Source: a virus. Taken from it: DNA of 64,000 nt. This document shows, piece by piece, positions 9,056-17,044 of the stretch (its first letter is position 1; every line of letters begins with the position of its first letter). The stretch lies in the IMG/VR virus record IMGVR_UViG_3300016667_000143, one strand, 5' to 3'. A program made the translations under genes and the position numbers. The notes beneath the pieces are model-generated. The model made no database searches, was not told the origin of the DNA, and saw nothing but the letters and a program-made list of their open reading frames with translations.

Positions 9056-9568
9056 ATGATTGATCCGATCACCGCACTGGCCACTGCAACCGCAGTGTTC
9101 AACGGCATTAAACAAGCCGTTGCCGTTGGCCGGGAAGCTCAAGATATATTTGGACAGCTTGGCAAATGGGCAGGGGCTGTTGCCGACCTCCAAGAATGGA
9201 TGCGCGGCAATGATGAAGTTCAAGCCAAACCTTCTATTTTCAAAAAGCTCACGTTCGCTAAATCAGCCACGGCTGAAGCGTTTGATACCTACGCTGCTCA
9301 AGTGCAAATCCGGCAGATGGAAGCCGAGATTCAGCATATGTTTACATGGGGCGAACTCAGCCATCTAGGTCTTGATGGCTACAATGAGTTCATCATGTTG
9401 CGTCGCAGGATTAAGGAACAGCGCGAAAAGATGGTGTATGAACACCAGCGCCGTAAACAGCGGTTTATTCGGACCACCACCGAATGGGCGCTGATAACGA
9501 TGGTGCTGTTTATAGGTGGGCTGATCCTGTTCCACATCATCAGCTTTATTGTGGATCACGCAAAATGA
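9056..9568 (+). CDS. membrane-anchored hypothetical protein
   Basis: MIDPITAL... helical protein with one C-terminal hydrophobic segment. Confidence 0.7.
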   Translation: MIDPITALATATAVFNGIKQAVAVGREAQDIFGQLGKWAGAVADLQEWMRGNDEVQAKPSIFKKLTFAKSATAEAFDTYAAQVQIRQMEAEIQHMFTWGELSHLGLDGYNEFIMLRRRIKEQREKMVYEHQRRKQRFIRTTTEWALITMVLFIGGLILFHIISFIVDHAK

Positions 9569-9905
9569 TGTATGTCGCAGTAGGAATGATGGCTGTTGTA
9601 TTGATGCTGTTTTTTCTAGCGAGCGTTTCATCGTGAGAATGACCACAGAAGAGATTGAAGTAAGAGTATGGGCTGCTATCCTGCTCACTCTTGCAGGTAT
9701 CTTAATGATTAGCGTGATTGCCATCATTGGCGGTGTTTTATTTGTAGAGCAGGACAAAGAGCGTATTTCCCCTATTGATCAGGCGTTCCTTGGCATCTTG
9801 AAGGATGTCATGTTGTTGTGTATCGGCGCCGTGGGCGGGATTGCGGGACGTAAAGGTGCGTATGCTGCCGCCAACCTGTTAAAGGATAAGAAAGAAGATG
9901 CTTGA
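9549..9905 (+). CDS. two-TM membrane protein, holin-like candidate (start uncertain)
   Basis: Two hydrophobic helices, basic C-terminus, coupled to the next gene. Confidence 0.55.
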   Translation: MWITQNDVCRSRNDGCCIDAVFSSERFIVRMTTEEIEVRVWAAILLTLAGILMISVIAIIGGVLFVEQDKERISPIDQAFLGILKDVMLLCIGAVGGIAGRKGAYAAANLLKDKKEDA

Positions 9906-10377
9906 TGCTCTTATCGGGTTGGTCAAAGGGGCTGCTCCGGGGCTGGCCACGGCTTTGGGCGGGCCTATGGCAGGCATGGCTGTTAAAGCCTTAGCCGAGA
10001 AATTAGGCACTTCCGAAGACCCGCAGGAAATAGTCCAAAAAATCCAAAACGACCCTTCTGCACTTCTTAGACTGGAAGAGTTGGAAAACGAAAAGTTTAA
10101 AGCTGTGCTGGCTGATGTGCAGGATGCGCGGGCAATGCAGGCTGCTGCGATGCAGTCTGAAGATCCTTTTGTCCGTCGCTTTGTCTACTACTTCATCATG
10201 TTCTGGTCGATTTTTGCGGCCGTGTTTATCCCGTCTATTGTGTTCCTGCCGATCCCCGATGAGAACGTGAGGTTTGCGGACACCATACTCGGGTTCTTAT
10301 TGGGCACTATGGTAGCCAGCATGTTTGCCTTCCTTTTGGGGTCTTCGCTGGGCAGCAAGCAAAAGGATAAGAAATGA
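9898..10377 (+). CDS. putative holin
   Basis: N-terminal APGLATALGGP motif plus two TM helices and a KQKDKK tail, directly before the endolysin. Confidence 0.6.
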   Translation: MLDALIGLVKGAAPGLATALGGPMAGMAVKALAEKLGTSEDPQEIVQKIQNDPSALLRLEELENEKFKAVLADVQDARAMQAAAMQSEDPFVRRFVYYFIMFWSIFAAVFIPSIVFLPIPDENVRFADTILGFLLGTMVASMFAFLLGSSLGSKQKDKK

Positions 10378-10892
10378 TTGAGAATTTTGATGCTGCGCTG
10401 GCAGCAGTGCTTAATCACGAAGGTGGTTTTGTCAATCACCCATCAGATCCGGGCGGCATGACCAATCTAGGCTGCACCAAGAAAGTTTGGGAAGAATGGT
10501 GTGGCCGGGCGGTTGATGAAAAAGACATGCGGGAACTTACAAAGGGCGATGTAGCGCCTTTGTATAAACAGAAATACTGGGACAAAGTTCAGGCAGATTA
10601 TCTTCCTGCCGGTGTTGATTATGTCGTTTTTGACTGCGCCATTAACTCCGGACCCGGTAGAGCCGCGAAGTTTTTGCAACAAGTTGTTGGGGCCACGCAG
10701 GATGGGATGATTGGCCCCGGCACATTGAAAGCCGTATCCGCCATGCCTGCTGCGGAAGTGGTAGAACGCTATAGCGCCGTGAGATTAGGGTTCCTGCAAG
10801 GTCTAGCCACATGGGAAACCTTTGGCAAAGGCTGGGGGCGCCGGGTTGAAGAAGTTAAACACTCAGCATTAAAAATGGTGCGTTATGGCTAA
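10374..10892 (+). CDS. endolysin, glycoside hydrolase family 108 with peptidoglycan-binding domain
   Basis: HEGGFVNHPSDPGGMTNLG catalytic motif; DGMIGPGT and FGKGW.RR in the PG-binding part. Confidence 0.92.
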   Translation: MIENFDAALAAVLNHEGGFVNHPSDPGGMTNLGCTKKVWEEWCGRAVDEKDMRELTKGDVAPLYKQKYWDKVQADYLPAGVDYVVFDCAINSGPGRAAKFLQQVVGATQDGMIGPGTLKAVSAMPAAEVVERYSAVRLGFLQGLATWETFGKGWGRRVEEVKHSALKMVRYG

Positions 10893-11139
10893 GACACCCG
10901 CATGGCAGCGCAAGGAAGGCAAAAACCCAGAAGGCGGGTTAAACGCTAAAGGCAGGGCTAGTTATAACAAAGCTAACCCCGGGAAGCCGGGTCTTAAAGC
11001 CCCGCAGCCTGAAGGCGGTCCTCGTCGGGATTCATTCTGTGCCCGGATGAAAGGGATGAAGAAGAAATTAACTTCTGCCAAAACTGCAAATGACCCGAAC
11101 AGCAGGATTAACAAAAGTTTAAGAGCATGGAATTGTTAA
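10885..11139 (+). CDS. small basic conserved phage protein
   Basis: MAKTPAWQRKEGKNPEGGLNAKGR...SFCARM...SLRAWNC; very Lys/Arg-rich. Confidence 0.8.
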   Translation: MAKTPAWQRKEGKNPEGGLNAKGRASYNKANPGKPGLKAPQPEGGPRRDSFCARMKGMKKKLTSAKTANDPNSRINKSLRAWNC

Positions 11140-11140
11140 G

Positions 11141-11329
11141 ATGACCGACAGTTCACATGAAACCGGCAAGTTTATTTTAGACGGTCTATCAGTAGTTACC
11201 GTGATTGGTACATTGGTTGACATGCTTCCGTCTATTGCTGCATTATTCACTATTATCTGGACCGTCATCCGTATATGGGAAACTGACACGGTTCAGGGTT
11301 TGCTCGGAAGGAAAAAAGATGCCGAGTAG
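11141..11329 (+). CDS. small membrane protein
   Basis: 62 aa with a long hydrophobic core. Confidence 0.7.
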   Translation: MTDSSHETGKFILDGLSVVTVIGTLVDMLPSIAALFTIIWTVIRIWETDTVQGLLGRKKDAE

Positions 11330-11690
11330 CACCGCTAAACAGCACAGATTCATGGCTGCTGTCGCCAATAACCCGGCTTTTGCAAAGAAAGCTGGCGTTC
11401 CTCAGTCTGTAGGTGAAGACTTCATCAAGGCCGACAAAGGCCGTAAATTTTCCAAAGGTGGTGATATGAAAGAGTCCAAAGCAATGATGGGCAAAGAACT
11501 TGCCTTTATGAAGAAAAAGGGCGCTCCGAAATCCATGATTCAGCATGAGGCTGCTGAAATGGGCGCCATGAAAAAAGGTGGCACGGCCAAGTATTCGGCT
11601 GGCGGCTACACCCGTGCGGCTGATGGTGTTGCCAAGCGCGGCAAGACCAAAGGCACGATGATCAAAATGAAACATGGCGGCAAGTGCTAA
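11319..11690 (+). CDS. small basic protein with repeated aromatic/Met-x-x-GG motifs (start revised from 11205)
   Basis: MPSSTAKQHRFMAAVANNPAFAKK...; ATG 11319 overlaps the end of the upstream gene, avoiding a long overlap. Confidence 0.75.
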   Translation: MPSSTAKQHRFMAAVANNPAFAKKAGVPQSVGEDFIKADKGRKFSKGGDMKESKAMMGKELAFMKKKGAPKSMIQHEAAEMGAMKKGGTAKYSAGGYTRAADGVAKRGKTKGTMIKMKHGGKC

Positions 11691-12065
11691 ATGCCTACTT
11701 TAGAAGAAATCCGCGACGCCAAACGGCGTCAACAGATGAGTAAGGCGTATGATCGTGCGCCTTATTATTCTATGGGCACCACGCCGCCGAAGCCTGCTAA
11801 GACTGAACCTCCGGTTCCTGCGATTGCTCCTGTGCCGCCCAGCCGTCCCATGACGGACGCTGATATGACGCCGGAACAGGAAGAAAAGATCCGTCGCCGG
11901 ATGGCTCAAGAGAAGGCAGACAAAGCCGCAGATGAGGCGTATGAGAATGCGCCTTATGAGTCGATGGGCACCAAGCGGTATAAGAAAGGTGGCTCTGTCA
12001 GCTCTGCGTCTAAACGTGCTGATGGAATTGCACAGCGCGGCAAAACCCGGGGTAAATATCTATGA
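11691..12065 (+). CDS. small basic protein, C-terminus paralogous to 11319-11690
   Basis: YKKGG...RADGIAQRGKTRG versus AADGVAKRGKTKG. Confidence 0.75.
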   Translation: MPTLEEIRDAKRRQQMSKAYDRAPYYSMGTTPPKPAKTEPPVPAIAPVPPSRPMTDADMTPEQEEKIRRRMAQEKADKAADEAYENAPYESMGTKRYKKGGSVSSASKRADGIAQRGKTRGKYL

Positions 12066-12346
12066 TGGCATCCAGAGGGATGGGGGCAATCAGTCCCTCA
12101 AAGATGCCCGGGCCAAAGCGTAAAGCTCGCCGGGATGACACGGATTTCACGCAGTACGCCGAAGGCGGAAAAGTTAAATCCAAAGTCAACGAAGCTGGTG
12201 TTTACACAAAGCCGGGGATGCGTAAGTCTCTTTTTGAGTCTATCAAGTCTCGGGCAGTGCAAGGCACGGGCGCGGGCCAATGGTCGGCTAGGAAAGCACA
12301 GCTACTTGCCAAGCAATACAAGGCCAAAGGTGGCGGCTACAAATGA
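12062..12346 (+). CDS. small basic protein
   Basis: MASRGMGAI...YAEGG...WSARKAQLLAKQYKAKGGGYK; coupled ORF. Confidence 0.75.
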   Translation: MMASRGMGAISPSKMPGPKRKARRDDTDFTQYAEGGKVKSKVNEAGVYTKPGMRKSLFESIKSRAVQGTGAGQWSARKAQLLAKQYKAKGGGYK

Positions 12347-12576
12347 AAGGCCCGCAGCAGTCGCTTAAAGACTGGACCGCGCAGAAGTGGCGCACCAAGT
12401 CTGGTAAGCCCTCCTCAAAAACCGGGGAAAGGTATTTGCCTGAAGCGGCTATCAAGTCTTTGTCCCCGTCCGAATATGCTGCTACGACTAGGGCAAAACG
12501 GGCGGGCAAGGCAGCGGGAAAACAGTTTGTAGCGCAGCCCAAAAAGATCGCTCAGAAAACAGCGAGATATAGATGA
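12343..12576 (+). CDS. small basic protein
   Basis: QSLKDWTAQKWRTKSGKPSSKTGERYLP; coupled ORF. Confidence 0.75.
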   Translation: MKGPQQSLKDWTAQKWRTKSGKPSSKTGERYLPEAAIKSLSPSEYAATTRAKRAGKAAGKQFVAQPKKIAQKTARYR

Positions 12577-13505
12577 CCACCTCCGGCACGACATCGTTTA
12601 ATCTGGAATTTACAGAGATCGCTGAAGAAGCGTGGGAGCGGGCTGGCCGGGAGATGCGTTCTGGCTATGATCTCAGGACCGCCCGGCGGTCCATGAACTT
12701 GATGACCATCGAGTGGCAGAATCGTGGCATCAATATGTGGACGATTGATCAGGGTGCCATCACCTTGACGCCCGGGTTAAACACATACGCTCTACCCACC
12801 GACACCATCGACTTGATGGAGCAGGTAATCCGCACCGGAGCTAACACCTCCAGTACGCAGGCAGATTTGAACATCACCCGGATCAGTGTTTCGACCTACG
12901 CCACGATCCCTAACAAGATCCAGCAGGCTAGGCCAATTCAGGTGTGGATTCAGAGGTTATCCGGGATTTTGAGTCCGACCTCTGCCACGTTGTCTGGGTC
13001 AATCAACAGCACCACCACGACCATCACCTTGAGCAGCACTTCCGGGTTGCCCTACGCCGGGTTTATCCGGCTTGGGTCGGAAGACATTGCCTATGGCTAT
13101 TTAGACGGCAATACATTGGGGAATGTGTTTCGCGGTCAGAATGGAACGACAGCGGCCTCTCATGCAGGCGGCACGGCTGTTTATAACCCGAATCTTCCGG
13201 CTATCACTGTCTGGCCAACTCCGGATAACTCGCAGACCTACCAGTTTGTCTACTGGAGGATGCGGAGGATTCAGGACGCCGGGAACGGTGTAGAGACTGC
13301 GGATCTAAACTTCAGGTTCCTGCCATGCCTTGCGGCAGGCTTGGCCTATCACATTGCCATGAAGGTTCCTGAGCTGATGCCCCGTGTGCAGATGCTCAAA
13401 GCTGCCTATGATGAGCAGTTTGATATTGCAGCCGGGGAAGATCGGGAAAAGGCTGCTGTACGGTTTGTGCCTCGTCAGACCTTTATTGGTGGCGCGAGTT
13501 CCTAA
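12573..13505 (+). CDS. putative head-tail adaptor / tail tubular protein
   Basis: MTTSGT..F.L...EIAEEAWER, VWPTPD, FLPCLAAGLAY motifs and position. Confidence 0.6.
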   Translation: MTTSGTTSFNLEFTEIAEEAWERAGREMRSGYDLRTARRSMNLMTIEWQNRGINMWTIDQGAITLTPGLNTYALPTDTIDLMEQVIRTGANTSSTQADLNITRISVSTYATIPNKIQQARPIQVWIQRLSGILSPTSATLSGSINSTTTTITLSSTSGLPYAGFIRLGSEDIAYGYLDGNTLGNVFRGQNGTTAASHAGGTAVYNPNLPAITVWPTPDNSQTYQFVYWRMRRIQDAGNGVETADLNFRFLPCLAAGLAYHIAMKVPELMPRVQMLKAAYDEQFDIAAGEDREKAAVRFVPRQTFIGGASS

Positions 13506-13894
13506 TGGGGAACAGGTTTGCGTCTGGCAAGAAGGCCATTGCGATATGTGATCGCTGTGGCCAGCGCTTTAAGCTCAAGCAGCTTAAAGAGGAAGTGATT
13601 AAAACCAAGAGATATAATCTTTTGGTATGCGAAGAATGCTGGGATCCGGATCATCCTCAGTTGCAGTTAGGGATGTATCCGGTGGACGATCCTCAGGCTT
13701 TGAGGAATCCTAGGAATGACACGACCTATTACACCTCGGGCGTCAACACTGCCGGGGATTTATCAGGCGGTTCTCGGGTGATTCAATGGGGGTGGAGTCC
13801 GGTAGGTGGGTCAAGTTCATTTGATGCAGAACTCACGCCCAATTACTTGGTGGCCATCGCCGAAGTTGGTACAGTAACGATCACTACGTCTTAG
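13505..13894 (+). CDS. conserved protein with CxxC...CxxC zinc ribbon
   Basis: ICDRCG...VCEECWDPDHPQ. Confidence 0.75.
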   Translation: MGNRFASGKKAIAICDRCGQRFKLKQLKEEVIKTKRYNLLVCEECWDPDHPQLQLGMYPVDDPQALRNPRNDTTYYTSGVNTAGDLSGGSRVIQWGWSPVGGSSSFDAELTPNYLVAIAEVGTVTITTS

Positions 13895-13903
13895 AGGTTA
13901 AAC

Positions 13904-14074
13904 ATGGACAAGAAGCAAGTTAAACAGATCGCGGATGTTGAGGCCAACAAGGCGGTGCGCGGTCACGAATCTCGTATGCACGCCAAGGGCATGAAAAAGG
14001 GCGGTCCGACCAGTATGGATCGCCGTAAATATGGCCGGAATCTGTCCCGTGCCATGAACCAGCGGGGTGGATAA
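13904..14074 (+). CDS. small basic protein (56 aa, not in ORF track)
   Basis: MDKKQVKQIAD...MKKGGPTSMDRRKYGRNLSRAMNQRGG*; GAGG RBS; stop overlaps the next ATG. Confidence 0.7.
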   Translation: MDKKQVKQIADVEANKAVRGHESRMHAKGMKKGGPTSMDRRKYGRNLSRAMNQRGG

Positions 14075-14340
14075 TGGCCAAGTTCAGCAAGAAAATGATG
14101 GGCAAGGAAGTGGGTGATGCGTCTGTTTACGCGCAGCCTCATTCCATGACCGGAACTCCGGGTGTAGACATCAGCAATTCTGGTTATTCCACCAACCAGA
14201 CTAGCGCAGCCAAAAATGTCAACATGAGTGTTGGCAACATTAACCGTAATGGCTATCCCGGCGAAAAAACCTCGGGCATCAAAGTCCGTGGCACTGGGGC
14301 TGCAACCAAGGGTTTGATGGCGCGTGGCCCGATGGCGTAA
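14074..14340 (+). CDS. small basic protein
   Basis: C-terminal IKVRGTGAATKG..ARGPMA resembles the tails of the other small basic proteins. Confidence 0.75.
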   Translation: MAKFSKKMMGKEVGDASVYAQPHSMTGTPGVDISNSGYSTNQTSAAKNVNMSVGNINRNGYPGEKTSGIKVRGTGAATKGLMARGPMA

Positions 14341-14343
14341 AAC

Positions 14344-15267
14344 ATGAACTACACCGAGTTAATCACCAACATTCAGGACATCTGTGAAAACACTTTCACG
14401 GATTCTCAATTGGCGATGTTCGTTCGGCAGGCCGAAGAGCGAATCTATAACTCGGTGCAGTTGGCGTCCTTGCGGAGTAACCAGACAGGCTCCTTATCGG
14501 CTGGCAATCCTTATTTGTCTTGCCCGGGTGATTTTCTTTCTGTTTATTCTCTGGCTGTTATTGACGCCGATGGGGAATATAAATTTCTCCTGAATAAAGA
14601 TGTCAACTTTATCCGGGAGGCTTATCCCAATCCCGGGACATCCAATGTGTCTAAACGGGGTCTGCCAAAGCATTACGCCATTTTTGGTCCTGCCACGGCG
14701 AACAGCAATGAGCTGACCTTCATCCTTGGGCCAACTCCGGACGCAGCTTATTCGGTTGAGCTTCACTACTACTTTTACCCGACTTCGATTGTGCAGGCTG
14801 CAATTGATTCCGTGGGCACGATCACGGGCGGGTCAGGATACAACTCAGGCACCTATTTCAATGTGCCTCTGACGGGTGGTAGCGGATCAGGCGCAACGGC
14901 AACGATTGTAACCTCTGGCGGTGCTGTCACTTCCGTGACGATCTCCAATCCCGGAGTGTTCTACGCCGTCAATGACACTTTGAGCGTCAGTAATGCAGAT
15001 GTAGGTGGCGCGGGAGCGGGCTTCTCCATCCCCGTGACCGGGATCTTAAATTCCACTGGAACGACTTGGCTGGGCGATAACTTTGACCCGGCTCTGTTAA
15101 ACGCCAGCCTCGTGGAAGCTATCAGATTTATGAAGGGTGAAGCAGATCTTGTGGCGCTGTATGAGAAGCGTTACATGGATTCGCTGCTTCTGCTCAAGAA
15201 CCTTGGCGATGGTAAGCAACGTATGGATGCGTACCGCGACGGTCAGGTTAGGATACCCGTGCAATGA
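14344..15267 (+). CDS. putative tail adaptor/connector protein with an inserted G/S/T-rich domain
   Basis: MNYTEL...AEERIYN, G.PKHYA, LGPTPDAAYSVELHY, TWLGDNF...LL.ASL.EA..FMKG. Confidence 0.6.
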   Translation: MNYTELITNIQDICENTFTDSQLAMFVRQAEERIYNSVQLASLRSNQTGSLSAGNPYLSCPGDFLSVYSLAVIDADGEYKFLLNKDVNFIREAYPNPGTSNVSKRGLPKHYAIFGPATANSNELTFILGPTPDAAYSVELHYYFYPTSIVQAAIDSVGTITGGSGYNSGTYFNVPLTGGSGSGATATIVTSGGAVTSVTISNPGVFYAVNDTLSVSNADVGGAGAGFSIPVTGILNSTGTTWLGDNFDPALLNASLVEAIRFMKGEADLVALYEKRYMDSLLLLKNLGDGKQRMDAYRDGQVRIPVQ

Positions 15268-15680
15268 TTGTCCAGACCCAGACCACATCATTCAAGGCAG
15301 AGCTTTATCAGGCTATTCACGACCTGACCACGGACAATTTATACATTGCGCTCTATACATCTAGCGCAAATTTAAATGAGTCAACCACGGTTTATTCCAC
15401 GGATAATGAGATCTCCGGAACCGGATACAGTGCAGGCGGTCAACTTCTTCAGAATGTCACGGTGAATAGTTCCGGGTATACAGCATGGGTCAGTTTTAAC
15501 AATCCCGTGTGGACTCCTGCATCATTCACAGCGCGTTGTGCATTGATTTACAATGCATCCAAGGGTAATAAATCCATTGCGGTTTTGGATTTTGGGTCAG
15601 ACAAAACCTGCACCACTTCCTTTCAAATCACTTTACCTGCCAACACGGCGACCAGTGCGATTATTCGCGCATCGAACTAA
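15264..15680 (+). CDS. virion structural protein
   Basis: TTSFKAEL, IALYT, EISGTGYSAGG, LDFGSDKT; coupled ORF. Confidence 0.7.
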   Translation: MIVQTQTTSFKAELYQAIHDLTTDNLYIALYTSSANLNESTTVYSTDNEISGTGYSAGGQLLQNVTVNSSGYTAWVSFNNPVWTPASFTARCALIYNASKGNKSIAVLDFGSDKTCTTSFQITLPANTATSAIIRASN

Positions 15681-15689
15681 GAGGCCATT

Positions 15690-16268
15690 ATGTCTATCGA
15701 AAAAACCAAAGCCCAAGATACCGTTTCCAGCGGTCTTGTGTGCGCCCCTCAGTCCGGTGAGCAGGCTAAAGCTACCGGCAAATTTACCGTTCAGTGCCTT
15801 GATAAAGACGGCAATCTGAAGTGGGAGCTTGAGTCGAAAAATCTGGTAGTGAACGTGGGCCTGCAATATATGGCCGGTGCGGCATTGACCGGAACGTCGC
15901 CTATCACGACTTGGTACATTGGTTTATACGGTGCCGGGGCGTCAAATGCACCCGCTGCCGGGAATACGATGTCTTCTCACGGCACTTGGACCGAAGAGAC
16001 TGGGTATAGCAACGCCAATCGCCCAACCGCCACGTTTGTTGCGGCCACCAATGCCAATCCTTCGGTTGTCACAAACTCTGCTTCGCCTGCTGCGTTTAAT
16101 ATTAACGCTACAGCGACGATTGGCGGTGCGTTTTTGACTTCTGACAACACCAAGGGTGGAACCACGGGGACGCTGTTCTCGGCTTCTGATTTCACCTCCC
16201 CCGGTGATCGCAGCGTTGTGTCTGGTGACACACTCAATGTCAGCTATAGTTTATCTCTTGCAGGATAA
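15690..16268 (+). CDS. virion structural protein
   Basis: KNLVVNVGL, WYIGL, GAFL, GTLFSA, SGDTLNVSY; T/A-rich beta protein. Confidence 0.7.
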   Translation: MSIEKTKAQDTVSSGLVCAPQSGEQAKATGKFTVQCLDKDGNLKWELESKNLVVNVGLQYMAGAALTGTSPITTWYIGLYGAGASNAPAAGNTMSSHGTWTEETGYSNANRPTATFVAATNANPSVVTNSASPAAFNINATATIGGAFLTSDNTKGGTTGTLFSASDFTSPGDRSVVSGDTLNVSYSLSLAG

Positions 16269-16307
16269 TGTGATAGACTAGGCCCTCAACTCACACTTGG
16301 GGGCTTT

Positions 16308-16871
16308 ATGAAACGAGATCTTCGGCAATACAGGATGTGGCGTGGGATGCACAATCGTTGCTACAACAGCAACGTGAAGTGTTACAAGCATTACGGCGGT
16401 AGAGGGATCGTGGTGGACCCGCGCTGGCATGGCAAGGAAGGGTTCTTTAACTTCATTGCCGACATGGGGCCAAAGCCGGAGGGTGCGTCATTAGACAGAA
16501 TTGACAACAACGGTCCGTATAGTCCTGAAAACTGCAAGTGGGCTACACAGTCGGAACAAGCTAACAACAAGCGCAACAATCGGTGGATCACGGCTAACGG
16601 ACAGACCATGACGTTGGCGCAATGGGCCAAACAGTTAGGCTGCAATCCTTCTAACATTTTGTACAGAATTAAATCCGGGATGTCTGAAGAACAAGCTGTT
16701 ACGATGCCGGTGGCGGACAGGCCAAACTCTAAATTGACCGTGGCAGATGCCGTGTTTATCAAGGATAATTACCCGATGTTGACCGCTACGGCGATGGCTA
16801 AGAAACTTGGGGTCAGCAAGAAAACCGTGTTAAATGTGCTCCACGGCAAAACATTCCGAGATGCAGCATGA
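16308..16871 (+). mobile_element. free-standing HNH-type homing endonuclease with C-terminal HTH
   Basis: W..M..RC, YGGRGI.V..RW, SLDRIDNNGPYSPENCKWAT..EQANNKR; interrupts the structural operon; SD-occluding hairpin at 16280-16306. Confidence 0.75.
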
Positions 16872-17044
16872 TTAAGATCGACTTCTCGTTTGAAACTAAG
16901 TACGGCAAGTTTGCAGACGCCCTGCACTTGCCGGACGATCACGGCTTCACGGACGAAGAGATTGAAGCCATGAAACAGCAACGCCTGACCAACTGGCTTG
17001 CGATTGTAGAGCCACAGGAACCGCCTCCTCCCACGGAGGCGTAG
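16868..17044 (+). CDS. small acidic protein, possible fibre assembly factor (58 aa, not in ORF track)
   Basis: MIKIDFSFETKYGKFADALHLPDDHGFTDEEIEAMKQQRLTNWLAIV...; overlaps the HNH stop and abuts the fibre ATG. Confidence 0.7.
   Translation: MIKIDFSFETKYGKFADALHLPDDHGFTDEEIEAMKQQRLTNWLAIVEPQEPPPPTEA

Noticed and set aside
16269-16871. Group I intron housing the HNH gene
   Set aside because: Both flanking genes end and start normally, and there is no non-coding space for an intron core
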